A DNA stretch of 64,000 nt from Trichosphaerium sp. ATCC 40318. Its lineage: Eukaryota; Protista; Tubulinea. Positions 13,224-26,651 of this stretch are shown here, piece after piece. Where the stretch lies: the NCBI GenBank assembly GCA_038496445.1, contig JALMLS010000418.1, positions 1 to 64,000 on the forward strand. Direction: 5' to 3'. How positions within the stretch are numbered: position 1 is the first letter of the stretch; the number at the start of each line of letters is the position of its first letter. Both the position numbers and the translations under genes were made by a program. The notes under the pieces are model-generated. The model made no database searches, was not told where the DNA came from, and was given only the letters and a program-made list of their open reading frames with translations.

Positions 13224-14059
13224 GTCATTACCCAACAATTTAGGAAGTTCTTTTCTAGCTATAAATAATTTCTTGAGGTAACAGACGCTTTTTTATGGTA
13301 TTGGCTGCTAACGTTGGTGTTTTGTGGTGGAATTGGCAATAAAATCAAATAGATGGTTTAAAAAGACCTACGCAAGCCTAATACCACGATTGTGAGGTGC
13401 AATGACCAAGTGTTCACCTTTCAAGACACAAAAGCATAAAAGTGCGCGGTTTTGAGCGCATACTTACTTGGAAAGTGAGGTTTTTCGCTCTGCCAAGGTC
13501 ATTGTACTTAATGAGTGGTGTAATTTAATTTTTGACCGAGCGCTGTCAAAGCTGGTTGACACATCGTTATGAGCAGCGTTAAGAAGAGGAGACGATGGAA
13601 TGGCAGTTTTTTCCAACGCTTCAATTACATTGCTTTCTGGTACGTAAATTAGTGACTTATGCGTCAGATGGAAATTTACAAGGCATCTTACCGTGCAAAG
13701 GCTTATCTATAACATCAGCGTTTATTCCTGCTAGACTTGCGTGTAAACGCAATGGGATAAGACAACCGTGGCAAACCCACTGCCTAGTGCCAGCCATAGG
13801 GTCAGACCGCACGACTGATTACCACAATTGACTAAACCGTGAAACCCTGCACAGGCGTCAGCAGTTTGTGGGATGAATTACACTTTATGACCGCGTTTTT
13901 AAGCGTAGCGATCCATACAGTTTTTTCCGCGTTGGTTTTCAGTAATCGTACTATGAGAACAAATACGCATGGGTTGCATTTGGAAGCACTCTCGAAATTA
14001 TTCCAGCCTCTTTACCTTTTTTGACATTATGACTCCTTTTTCACAATATTATCAATTCC

Positions 14060-14521
14060 ATGGCAACATATCGAGTTGCCGCAATTCTATTATGCTTTCT
14101 ACTTGCTGCAGTAAGCTCAAGAGCTGTTATAGACGGACCAGTTGCAAAAATGATGAAATCTGCGGTAAGAGCTGGCGTATCCTCGCAAACAGCGATGAAG
14201 TTTGTAAAACTATGGTGTCCTAGACACGTACCAGCCAACCACAAATACTACGCTGTATGCAGAGCAGCAAAAAGCGACGATCAACAAGGATTCAACACTG
14301 CTGCTTACAGCGCTGTGGTTAAAATGTCTGATTCAATACAAAATGCCTTTATTAAATTTGCAGTGAGGTTTAGACCCGCTCGCAGAGCATCTCCTAAAAG
14401 GTCACTATCCAACAGCGTCTCAAAGAGGCGTACTAAGTGGGAAAATGCTAGACGCCCTATCCGGTGGGTAAATTTGAAAATATCTATCGCGATTGGTATC
14501 ATGGGCATCGTAGGCGCATAG
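14060..14521 (+). CDS. Secreted basic orphan protein, possible prepropeptide
   Basis: Intronless 153-aa ORF with a signal peptide, two Cys, dibasic sites and a hydrophobic C-terminus. Confidence 0.65.
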   Translation: MATYRVAAILLCFLLAAVSSRAVIDGPVAKMMKSAVRAGVSSQTAMKFVKLWCPRHVPANHKYYAVCRAAKSDDQQGFNTAAYSAVVKMSDSIQNAFIKFAVRFRPARRASPKRSLSNSVSKRRTKWENARRPIRWVNLKISIAIGIMGIVGA

Positions 14522-14688
14522 AGATGGCGTCTATTCAACTAAACTAAACAACGTATTCTGTATCCTATAATTGGTTGATAGCTACGCTACAACGTAGCAA
14601 AAGTATGTATTATTACACAACATGAGGTAAAAATAAACTCCGTTTCGTGAAAATTCGTTTTTGTATTTGTACTCAAAACACAAAACAA

Positions 14689-16233
14689 ATGGCTGAAGCA
14701 CTTCAACATCCGCGTAAAAAGGCTAATGGTAGTACAGAGTTTATTGCTCATAGCGAATACCAACAGAGACAATACGAGCATGCTCAACGCAATAAAGAGA
14801 GGAAGGAAGAGCACTTGCGATTGTTGTTGGAGTATTTAGGAAGTTATGACACTGTTATGATCCTTGATTGCTCACAAGCAACGAGTGCGATTCTAGCAGC
14901 AATAAGGTCGGGATTACGAGCTCATGATGCTGTACTGACAATGTGTAAACAAGTAAGTTGTTGTTAAGCGCCGTCCAGGCGCTCCTAGCGGTTAAACCAC
15001 GCATGTGAGTAGCGTAACGGATTTTTTCTAGTCAATAATGCGTAAAGCTATTGAAATGCATGCTAAAAAATCTGCAACGACTAAAACCGCGTTAGCGGAG
15101 TACAAAAAATTACAAGGTACAATTACAAAAGCCAGAAACACAACAAAAAAAAACCATAAAAAATCGCACACAATCTCTATATTTGCCCGACATTTCGCTT
15201 GTTTTTAGAACTCTTTCTTATCTCATTAGCTACAATATAAAGTATGGTAGTGTGTTAACAGTGTTCTGGTTTAGCTGTAAGCTAGACTTCAATTGCAAGA
15301 GCGAATGGAGAATGAAGCTTTTTCTTTGATGATGTTCCTTGTTTTTTTTTCTTATTTTTCAGAGAACTTACCACAAATACTTCCTTGTAGCTCAACTTGC
15401 TGGTAGCCGTAGAGGTTTAATATTCACAAATGAAGATTTTAATGTTATTTCTGATTTGGTAGACCTTGTGTCAGAATTTCAGTATGCCAAAGTAGGTCAA
15501 ACTTGCCCAGTTGATGTTTTTCTTCGTCCAGGCATAACAAGCACGTGATCACACCGATTTAAACTCAAAGTTCTAATTGCCCTCTCAGATCTGGAACCAA
15601 CTCAAACGTGCTATACGCCTGGTACGTAACGTTCTGATAAACTGACACTAATTGTTTTGAGCAGCTTTAAATATTGCTTCTAGAATAACGCAAGGGAAAA
15701 TCGAAATTTTAAGGCTTAGGCATTTAATTCAAAAGGGTGATATTATAGGAGCTTCTGAGGCATCTTTATTGCGTAAGTTAAATTACAAGGTGCCGTTTGT
15801 GTTAGTTAATTGATCTTTATTCTCTAATGGATTTAAGTGTGTTCCAAGGCGTGCTAGTGTTATAGGAATATTCATTGATGGATTTTTTAATAATGCTTCT
15901 ATTCTGAACCACGGTGCAATGACTGTATTATCAAATGTAAGGTATGCTGCTCGCCAAATAGAAGCTATATCAGCAGTCACTGGTATACCGACAGTATGCT
16001 CAATGCAGGTACGTAACAGCACGCAAAAAAGTTGTTGATTGTGTAGCCTGGTACTTATTTTTTTTTAAAGCGGTACATAATGAATGGATACACGAATCTA
16101 CTGTCTGTTGTTATGGCCACTGATTATAAATTTGAACATGCTAAAATGGTATGGTAGTGCTCATGTTAAATATTGCTAACCAAAGCTTTAGATAATGGGC
16201 AAGATAATACAGAACAAATTGGACTATATTTAA
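14689..16233 (+). CDS. Divergent 60S acidic ribosomal protein P0 (uL10)-like paralog lacking the acidic tail
   Basis: Spliced segments align in order with P0: RKEEHLRLLLEYL..IRSGLRAHDAVLTMCKQSIMRKAI, GLIFTNED, AKVGQTCPVDVFLRPGITNLEPTQT, ALNIASRITQGKIEI..LIQKGDIIGASEASLL, TGIPTVCS, ATDYKFEHAK. Confidence 0.78.
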
Positions 16234-17590
16234 ATTTAGTGATATTGGTTCCACTAAGCTACAGGCTTATTATGTTCTGTTGTAATTCTAGAATGTGGAA
16301 TTGGTTTATTGGTAATTTAATAAACTACTTTTGCAAACTTTTTTTTCCCGATCACGTGGTCCGTTTACAACGTTATCTGTAAAATAAGTTGCACCTCACA
16401 TTTTTGATTGACGCCAAGTTTATTAGATTGTACACCTGCCTAGGCCTTCAAGCCCTCATCTGTTACATGTGTGCATGATAAATCAGCGTATGATCAATGC
16501 AACCACAAAGACAGCTTAGATAACTCGCAAAGCTGTTTTAAGACTACGTAACAGGTGATTACTAAAAAGATTGCCTTTTGTGAAGAAAAAATAAATCATC
16601 CTTGGCAATTTCTCAAACTCTTTGTTATTCATCCCTCACCAGATTTGACGCTATAACCCAGAGTTGTAGCTTCAGTGTTTGGTAGTACTTTAATCCAAGG
16701 AAAGAATGAGCTAAATAGGAAATGTCAACAAGTTATAAAAATGGTCATAAAGTCAATGTGCTGTAGCATTATATGCATTTCATCGCATGTTAAAGGAAAG
16801 GGGTGCTTATTTATCCTTGAGATAATCTGCTGCCGCTTATTGTGTCAAATATATCTTTACGTACGACTTTCGTCATTGACATGTTTAGCATTTCAGCACA
16901 TCAGCTACGCCCTTCAACCTAAAAAACCAAAATTAAATCAACTTTTTATGACCCTTTTTCATTCTTGTATTAATTTGTTATGGTTGTAGTATTGCTACAC
17001 TTGTATTTACCAAAGTGCTTCATTGCATTATCAGAAAAAACCACAAAACAATGATTCGAGACCTACAAAATCAGACCAGTTTTTTTTTTTTCGAAGAGGT
17101 CTATAGTGAGGTTTTGTAGACCACGTAGCTTCACGACAAAACGCGCCAACATACACTTCCACACCATACACGAAAAAACCCCAATACATTGTTTGCCACG
17201 TTTTTTTTTACAAAATTAATACTAGATATCTGTCGTGTATTATAAATTGACACGTGTTTTGACGTGATAGGAGCACTTGTATCTTTTTTTTCTCCTAATC
17301 CTAATTTTGGCTCAATAGTAATTTGGTTACTACAAAGCGTCACGGAGACTAAAAGAGCTACCTGTCTTGTATTGTTAACAACAAGTGGGTACGTATAGTA
17401 AGTTATCTATCGTCAATTGCCCGATGATTGCTTTTTGATCCATAAAACGCCAAAAAAGTATAAAACGTGCTCACTATAGCAAACGAGCTGCTGCGAGTTT
17501 GTGTAACCACACTTCACACTTGTGTTACGTTCAGTAAATGTGCAGATTACATACTCCCGTGTTTCTAAAATAACTTCACTCAAAAACACA

Positions 17591-18773
17591 ATGAAAGCCA
17601 CTTCTCTCGCGTTGATACTCGTTACTTTACTTATAAGTGTAAGCGTTGAGAAAGTTTCGAGCTCCCCAAGTTTGTACAAGCTAAGACTAAAACAACATTT
17701 CTACTGTAGGCATTCTCAACGCCATGCGATCCTATCAGATCAGGCGTCCAAGTTGATGATGGTTGCGACTATGATGATACCTACAATACAGCCCTTACAG
17801 AAGCCATTCAATCATGCACACAGTACGCACGTCGAGTGAGACTACTAGCACAACAACCTTTTAGTTTACCCGAAAAAATACTAGCACGTGATTTCACCCA
17901 CTCTATTCTCTTTAGCGAAACTAAAATAGTTAAAATAGCGAATGCAATTTGCTAGGAAAAATAGCTCATGTTGGTGAGTGTAAGAACACCACCGAGCTGT
18001 ATGAGTTAGATTGCTGTCCAAAAGATGAATTTTGGATTGTATCTGTTCAATGCGCTTGCTGTTGTTGCGATCCTACCCCTCCTACGACAAGGGCTCCAAC
18101 AACAGAACCCCCAACAAAACCTCCAACAAGGGCCCCAACGACGAGAGCTCCGACAACCGAACCTCCCACAACGAAACCACCAACAACACCTCCAACACCG
18201 CCTCCTACGAGACCACCAACAACAAGAGCTCCAACAACAAAGGCTCCAACAACTAAACCACCAACCACAAAACCACCCACCACAAACCCTCCAACAAGAC
18301 CGCCAACAACTAGAGCTCCCACAACACCTCCACCAACACCAGTACAATGAATACCTTACTTTGGCGTTTACTAATTTCTTGTTTTTAGACCGAAGAGTGT
18401 TGTAGGTATGACCGTCTCACTGACTCTTGTATTGATAACGGATGTCAAGCAAAGAGTCCAGCACTGGCTACACAATGTGTCAAGTACACCAAATACTTTC
18501 CACGTACGATATTGGTAACTAGTCTTCGTCATTATATTAACGATTTTGGTAGAGCTGGGTACACAACTTGAAGTATGTGCTTGTGTGCCTGTCGATGATG
18601 GGATTCGAAAAGACACTTGTGACGAACAGGGAGACCCTTGTAATGATGTAGAATGTGAAAACACCCTGACAATGTTTGGGATCGTGAATCCTGTCGGCTG
18701 TTGTCCGCTCGAAAATCGTGTAGACCCAACAGACTCAGGATGTCTTTGTGTAATTTGCTATGACCCAATCTAA
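17591..18773 (+). CDS. Secreted Cys-rich protein with Pro/Thr mucin-like linker, copy A
   Basis: Signal peptide, a Cys-rich domain ending QCACCCCDP, PTT(R/K)(A/P) repeats and a second Cys-rich domain. Introns are at the same positions as in copy B. Confidence 0.85.
18073..18343 (+). repeat. Coding low-complexity tandem repeat (PTTRA/PTTKP, 12-15 nt units)
   Basis: Repeated ccaacaac/cctccaac units. These explain the stacked ORFs in several frames. Confidence 0.9.
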
Positions 18774-19495
18774 AACGAAACCGCGAACCTTTTATTTCAA
18801 TAAAGCACAGCTATTCTTACTCGGTTGTATTTATAATCTAAAACAGATGATACATACATAGTACCACATTTTGATGAATCAATACACGGTAAACTACACA
18901 AAGAGTAGGTTGACAAAGTCAAAATAAAGACATGTGTATTGACGATAGACTGCATGGTGAGTAAAGAGTCGTATTAAAATGTACATCTAAGGGGCAAATG
19001 TAGTCGATGCTAGTAATATTGATTTCAAGCTTAACATTTCTCTCATTCTAAGCAATAGGTCAATGGGAACGGTCAAAGGCACATAGCAGGGTTCAAAGAT
19101 ATGATGCTATTTTTGGGTATATTTGCATTACAAAACAGTACTACGCACGTGATACTTTATATATAACGGTATTTATAGTTTATTTGCCATTCTTTTTTAC
19201 GTGGCATTCGTCACAATTGTACGACAATTGATTAACGCGCTAGTAGATACACAATTAACTGTTTCGAGTGAAACTCACATAGCTGGTTACGTACCAGGTG
19301 CTTGATATTGGTAATCCAGTTCGCAGTACGAAAACTCTGTTCGCTAGCTCCACAGATGAACATGATATTTTAGTTGTAGACTTCGCGCCTAACCTGTCAT
19401 TCAGGGCGTATTTTTTTTCTGGTTTTCAACAAATATACAGCTAACGGGTCTAATTTGGGAACGATCCAAAAATATCTTAACCAAAAAAACACAAT

Positions 19496-20498
19496 ATGAA
19501 AGCCGCTTCTCTGGTAGTACTTATTGCCATTTTAGTTCTCAGTGTAAGTGTTCAGATTCAAGCAGAAACTATTTATTACTACACTACATGCTAACAAGTA
19601 TTGAATCTACAGGCGTCGTCAGCACCTTGTGACCCCATCAGATCAGGCGTCAAAGTAGACGATGGTTGTGACTACGATGATACCTACGATACAGCCCAAG
19701 CAGAAGCCATTCAATCTTGTGTAGAGTACGTACATACGCGTATCTTTACGTTGAATAACACGTGTTTTTTATGACAACTCGCTGATTGTTTTGTAGTGCG
19801 TGTAATTTGTTAGGAAAAGTAGCTAATGTTGGTGAGTGTAAGAACACCACCGAGTTGTATGAGTTAGATTGCTGTCCAAAAGATGAATTTTGGATAGTAT
19901 CTGTTCAATGCGCTTGCTGTTGTTGCGATCCTACCCCTCCACCAACTGATCCGCCAACACCGCCACCAACACCTCCACCAACGCCTCCACCAACTGATCC
20001 GCCAACACCACCCCCAACACCTCCGCCAACACCAATACCACCACCTCCTACAACAGCAGTAAGATTAATACTTCACTTTGACTTTCGTATAAATGTCTTT
20101 TACTTATTTCGTCGTTTTTAGACTGGAGGTTGTTGTAGCTATGACGCACCTACCGACTCTTGTATAGATAATGGATGTCAATCTAGTAATCCAACTCTAC
20201 CAGTTTTCTGTACCAAGTACATAAAACACTTTCCAAGTACGGCGTCTACAACTATTACTATAATTATTAACAATGTCCTCAAGCTACCGGACAATCCGCA
20301 AGCGTTTGTGCTTGTTTGCCACGTGATCCTAATCTTCGATTAAACGGTTGCAACGAACAAGGAAATCCTTGCAATGACGTTACTTGTACACAAACACTAG
20401 TTACTACTTATAATGTTGTGAACCCTACCGGCTGTTGTCCATTAGATGGTGCCCCAGAATCAGGATGTATTTGTACAGTTTGTTATACCCCATACTAA
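19496..20498 (+). CDS. Secreted Cys-rich protein with Pro/Thr linker, copy B (tandem paralog)
   Basis: Same exon layout and Cys pattern as 17591-18773, with a shorter (PPPT)n linker at about 19931-20055. Confidence 0.85.
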
Positions 20499-21485
20499 AA
20501 CGAACACCCCAAACTTATGTCAAAACAAATAAACTAACCTTCTTGCTTGTCTGTACTGTAAAGCATGTTAAGATGTGGCACTATGTCGGAATTATTAAGA
20601 GTTTGATACGGTAGAAAAGCATACACTCAGCCTTTATCTGTGTAAAACTTTAGTATTTCATTCGCATTTGTGACGAAAACCATTTATGAGGATGAATAGC
20701 TTGGCTGAAGCTTCGTCTCATGGCGAGCATGGCATAAACAAAAGTATTAATATATTCTATCACAATAAGATACGTTGAGATGAGAGCCATGTACGTACAT
20801 TGAGGAGAATATGCAAGAGATTTAAATGCGAACGTCTAAAACGGCGAAAACGGCAATTGTTTCTGAATAGTATTTGTTGACATCATACGTTTAAAAAGAT
20901 TTCCCGAAGAACCGTGAAAGCTACAAAACTATTGTGCATATAGGTACCGACATGAAGTGTAAAAAGCTCCATTATAGCGTTGGTAGGGAAAAATGCAGTA
21001 TTTGTACAAACTAATACTAAAAAATACTGTGATCCTTTTCAAACCTTGCTTGCGCCTTTGAATACGCATGGATCATGCCAATAAGCGAGCTTGCGCTGTT
21101 GCCAGTTTTCGCGGGGGTGTTGGGACTAGTGGTCTAATGGAAGCATCATCACGACATGATTTTCGCATATCACCTCAACTGTGCGAAATTACTCGAGTTT
21201 TCATAGTACAAATTACACAACCACGTGATTTTGTAAATCTCAACGCAAAAACTAATAAACCATACACAATGATAATATTCGCTTGGTTTTTCTAGATTCT
21301 AGCAGTAGTTTAGCAAACTAGTAGATTTTTAGTTTTTTATTAGTTTTATAAAAATGTTGACGTCATACCGGAAAAACATATGCAATATTTAGCACTTTTT
21401 CTTGTGATACTTTTTTAACTCATAATCTTCAAAGATTTATCTGATAAACAACAATTCTAACAACACGAACAACATTACAACCGAC

Positions 21486-22610
21486 ATGTATTTGAAAATC
21501 GCTTGCTTGCTCTCTCTCATTGGTAACAACATCTTTTTTCTCATTGTTTACTAGTCTTACAAAACAAGTAGTGCTAGTACTTTCTCACGAGAATGGCGCA
21601 CCACCGTTCGCGAGTTGTACCGCAGAACCGCAATGCCAGGAATCAATTGGGGTTCGCTCGTGTGCAAGCTCAACTTGTACGACAATCACCACGGCTAACT
21701 CGAATATGGATGGTACAATTTGAGCACTAAACTGTGTAGCTTATTCGTTTAGTTACTTTGTCCGCAACCAATAGATGCGTTGTCATTTCCGCTCTTGTCA
21801 CCTACACTGGTACCATCACTGGATCAAACCAAGATGACTGTGTATACGTCAATGCAAACGCCAGAATTACTACTCCTCTCTCCCTAGGAGAAGGAAATGA
21901 CTACTTGTTCTTGTACAGTGGTACTTATTTGGATCGTGAAGTAACAATGGGTAATCAACAAATTGAAATCAACATCGTTACTAACGTGTATTAACAGGTC
22001 CTGGTAACGACTGTATACTTGGACTTGGTGCAGTAACAACAAAAGAAATATACTTGGACGATGGAGATGATGGAATAGTTTTAACTCAAACCAACACACG
22101 GTACGGTTCTTGAGAGATGTTCTCCAAACTTACCATGACTATAGCGGAAAAACCATTTGGGGAGGAGCTGGCAATGACGACATAAGAATTCAACATAACA
22201 ACCCAAGCACGCTTGCTGATGTTAGAGGTGGCGAAGGTGACGATTGCATAACGTTGAGTACAGGATCTAGCGTAAGCATCCACGGTAAGACCTAATACTC
22301 TCTTTTTGTTTTGTTGACATTGTTGCATTCAGGAAACGAAGGTAGTGATTACATCAACGTCCAAAATATGAAGTTCAAGAATGTTCACGCTGGTAAAGGA
22401 GAAGATAGAGTAATCGTTAATACTTGGAGTACATTATTACCTAATGGAGCAGTTTATGGTGGACAAGATGATGACGATCTTTCTGTATCTGGGTTTATAC
22501 CAAGTCTTAGCGATCCAACCGGTGGCGTAGATGGAGGTTTGGGTAACGATTATTGCTGCTTTGGTATCAACGAAGTTCCAAACGCTTGCGAAACGCTTGC
22601 TGTATGTTAA
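21486..22610 (+). CDS. Secreted protein with RTX/hemolysin-type Ca-binding repeats
   Basis: Signal peptide and about eight GGxGxDxh-like units (LGEGNDYLF, MGPGNDCIL, GGAGNDDIR, GGEGDDCIT, GNEGSDYIN, AGKGEDRVI, GGQDDDDLS, GGLGNDYCC). Four GT-AG introns. Confidence 0.8.
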
Positions 22611-22698
22611 TTCTCAACAATAAATAGCCACCTCATCATCAACCCCAATTATTGTTCAGTTTTGTTTCTTTTTTTAAAGGTTGGTAGTCAGGTGTCCT

Positions 22699-24853
22699 TT
22701 ATTGACATATGTTGGCTTGTGCTTCAAGTAATACAACGTAGCCATATGTTAGTGGATTTGCAACAATAGGAATGGCATCAGAGCTGTGCTTGCCTAGGAA
22801 ATCTTATTAAAAAACCATCTGAGTTGCCTTTGCGTAACCATTGATTGGTGGGAGGTTTCCGTCTTTAAATTCTAGTTTTTGTCCATTCAATATTGTTTCT
22901 TTTGTCCTTAAATCACCTTTTGGAGCTGAAAACCAATATTCAACTCTTGGTGTAAAGGCTAAACGACATGTGAGTGGTTTCTTAGTAGACTTTCTTAAAA
23001 CTGACCGTACCTTTAATGCCCTTGAGGTGAAATTCAAACGTTTCGTTTTTGCTATAGTTGATTATAGCGAGGACAACCTACAATACGCAGTTATTATTTA
23101 ACGACAAGCCAAACGTATTAAATGCATTGCCTACGTACTTGTCCTTTTCCCTCCAAACTGCAATGAGCATGAACACGAATATCTTGATTTAAATCATATT
23201 CTGTTTTCAGTACATTGCTTCCATAAATACGCCGTGTAGTAATCAAAAAAACAATTATAAAAATCACGTGATACAAAACTAAAAAACAACTTATCTTCTA
23301 CTATTGCTTACCTGGATTTGGAGCCATTGTATCTTTGTCAATGAGTTCGTACCTTTAAAGTTAAAAATCAACATTGCCTAGAAACATACTTACCATCCAC
23401 CAATTAGTGTTTGTCTGCAAAACCCGGTATTACCATTTCTAGCTAACGCACCAAGAGCATTCAAATAATAAAATCCAGATGAGAACGTGTTTGTGGTATT
23501 GTCTTGGCCGCTTTAAAGACAAAGTCAATGGGAATAACATCGACAATTTACCTGTGCCATGCAGCAGCCCCCTCTCCGAGCCATACCTGAGCGTTAGGGT
23601 CATATTTCTGAACCATGTTGTAGAAGAGTTCAGCAGTAGCATTCGATCTTTGAAAAGTTAAAAAGGGATATGTAACAGAGTGTGTACTGGTCGGCGAATT
23701 TTGTTGTTAAAATATCCTTTGGAAGTGATGGAGATAGACCGTAACCCTGTTTGTTAGAATAAGGCAGTATTTAGTTCAGTATCTTACATTATACATATGG
23801 TATGTGTATACATCATTTATTCCTTGTGTCAATTGCATATAAGTTTGAAACCTACCAGGAATATTTTAAGAAACAGCTAAAAGAAAAAAAGGTTACCACC
23901 CAACAGCTCCGTGGCCATCATCTGGAGCTATTATACGTGGCCTAAATAATATAAGTGGGGGAGGGTTAGTTAAGCATTAGTAAACCTTTTAGATTCGTCA
24001 GGATACAAAGTCGCCAACGTAACTGTAAAATAGTGAGTACAAAAAACAAAGCAGGAAATGCTTGCACTTGACCCATTTTGCATCAGTCGCGCAATCCTGT
24101 GGGTTAAGCTTTGAATTCAACTCATTACCAATCTCAAAACCTGTTGAGTATGAAATTAACTTCGGAACTCATAACGAGAGGTTTGTGAAGTACCATAGAT
24201 TGTGTCATCAAATGTTTGACGCGCTGTGTACTTTAAAAATGCCTCAACGTTTGAGGTGTTCCAAGGTTCGCCTTTTTTGCGCCCATCGTACATTTCGTTA
24301 AGACCAAAGGCCATTTTTACTCCTGTTGTTGATGCAAATTCATTCATTTGATGCCATCGCGTCATATTAAGGCAAGAAATACCTTTTATTGTTATCGGCA
24401 CTTTTTTTTTTGGAACCATTGTGCTTTACCTTTAGTGCATTCTGCATGAGGTATACCATCGATAACGTATACAACAGAGTCGCATAATGTACCTCCTATC
24501 CTTAGTATCGCGGGAGAAAGTGCTGTTGTAAGAGTTATCAAGCTTTTGTTTTCCAGGTCGACATTGTACACTCCAGCGTTTCCCCAGCCCTTTACCAATT
24601 GTTAAACACAAAGAGAAACACAACATAACGAACAGGACTCTGGCGTGGCCACCAATCCATATTAAACGATAAGAACTCCCTAGGTATCTCATGAAGTGCG
24701 TTATTAGTGTCTATCGTAACAACGACCTGTAAAAGCAAAATCACGTGTTAGAAAGCTAAATAAAATGAGAAAATAATCGGTATTTACAGGTGTATACGCA
24801 AGTGAGTTTAAAAAGAATGCTAAAATAGCCAAAATAAGATATCTTCCTATCAT
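22699..24853 (-). CDS. Glycoside hydrolase family 79 (heparanase/beta-glucuronidase-like)
   Basis: Signal peptide; FLSFNMDWW, LSPAILRIGGTLCD, LNMTRWHQMNEF, AFGLN, FEIGNE and IWIGEG motifs; C-terminal RVEYWFSAP..ILNGQKL. Confidence 0.9.
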
Positions 24854-25141
24854 TGCCCAATCGAATTGTATTGTTACTTTTCTCAGTGGAATGATTTGGA
24901 CTTATCGAGAGTGAAATATAAGTGGAGGGCTTTTAAGGGTACCTGCCAAGTGTATTGATTGGCTTGTATATAATGAGCATATTTTCTCATAATTCTTGGC
25001 TGAATACACGCAAGACTGCAGCAGGACGTTGTACCGACTTGTAGTGTACCAGGCAAAATACTTGCACGTAGCAAAATGACAACTACGTGGCAACATAGCC
25101 ACTACGTATACACATCTAATCGCAACTAATTACTGTTTGTA

Positions 25142-26528
25142 ATGCATAGAATCTTTCCTCTAACATCCAATAAGCTATACATGTTTTATTTAATGGCATG
25201 GTTGCCAGTTATTAGCTTAAATGATCAAGCTTACACCGAAGCTCTCAGTGTAGGAGTAATGGTACAAACAAATGGAAGTTCATGGGCTGTATTACCTATT
25301 ACTTTTCAAAACTACAACTACAGTATATCTCCTGGTACGCTATCTAGTCCATGGTTTATACCTACAAGGTTTGTAGAATGCAGTATTGAAATCAACGAAG
25401 AGTATGCTGCTCTGACAATATTATCTCCACAACAGTTCCTTCTGGCTACTTACCTCTCGAACACTACTTCTAATCCTTCGGATTACGTTCTACAGTCTTA
25501 CGACTTTACTTGCGCTACAAGTGCATGTCAGCCTATTACCCAACGTCCTTAACCTTCCCACTAGAGTGTGCGATGTACTTTTACCTCACAAACTCAAGTG
25601 CTGGCGCTTAGCCACCACGCCTCGATCAATACTACATACGCTGTTCTGCGCCAAAACAACTCTGTAGAAATCTACCTAGCTTCGTTATCCTACAACTGCT
25701 CTGTAAAGACACTCTGCGACACCAACGCATCTGTTGTCGGAGACGATCTACTTTGTAAGTGTATAGTTTACCGTGATATAAGTGCTAACTAAATCAGTTG
25801 AATACATTGACGAGAAATCCTTTATTGTCTCAGATAGTTCTATTTTAGTGCTCAATTCTACATGCGAGTTGGACCATAATATTACGCTTCCTTGTAATCC
25901 TAGAGGTACGTAATGAATCAACCAAAAGTTCTCTAATCGTGCGTTAAGCGTTGACAAGATCAAGCGAGCGGACTTTGCTGTTCATTTGCAGAAATAATTC
26001 TTTTGACTTCTTTATTGATACTCTTGAAATCAAATCTTCGAATTTTCTTAACATTCTTGACTCAAACACTACGGACTTTAAGTTATTCTACGCCCCTACA
26101 GCTCCCTCCCTACCACCTGCATCAAACATACCTATTGCACCAAGTGTGAAGGCACATCCAACGAGGTATCTTGAGAAAGACACTTTAATTGCTTACTACC
26201 ACCTAGTATGCAACCTGTGTCTGCAAAAAAGAAATTACCTGTTTATGCAAAGTATATTTTAGGTGCTGAATAGATAACAGTCTACTTAAATTAACGTTCT
26301 TTAGTAATTGGAATCACTATTATTGTTGTTATAATAATACTTATATCTCTCATCTGCTATACAGATTCATTGGAAGAAAGTTTTGGAGAGGAAATCCCAC
26401 AACAGTCACCAAAAAAGAACAATCACTCTAAAAATACTTCAGTGCTCATAGAGACTACACAAGGAAAACGCAATGTACCAAGGCTACAAATACCAAAATA
26501 AAGGTTTCCTGATTACTGTCTACAATGA
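25142..26528 (+). CDS. Hypothetical single-pass membrane protein (5' end unresolved)
   Basis: Consecutive plus-strand exons with a Ser/Thr/Asn-rich ectodomain, a Pro-rich stalk and the TM segment IGITIIVVIIILISLICY. Confidence 0.5.
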
Positions 26529-26651
26529 ATAATGTGTACTGTGCTTCGCCTATTTTGAGGAAGAATTAACGTAATGTTTTGCTACACTTGTGTAACACAA
26601 GATTCGGTACAAGCAATCCTTAACCAATTTCTCACCTCAACCACGTATACC

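Noticed and set aside
18006-18405. Overlapping ORFs in several frames and on both strands (Gln-rich, Trp/Cys-rich, Gly/Val-rich)
   Set aside because: These are by-products of the stop-free Pro/Thr repeat. Only the frame continuous with the Cys domains is supported.
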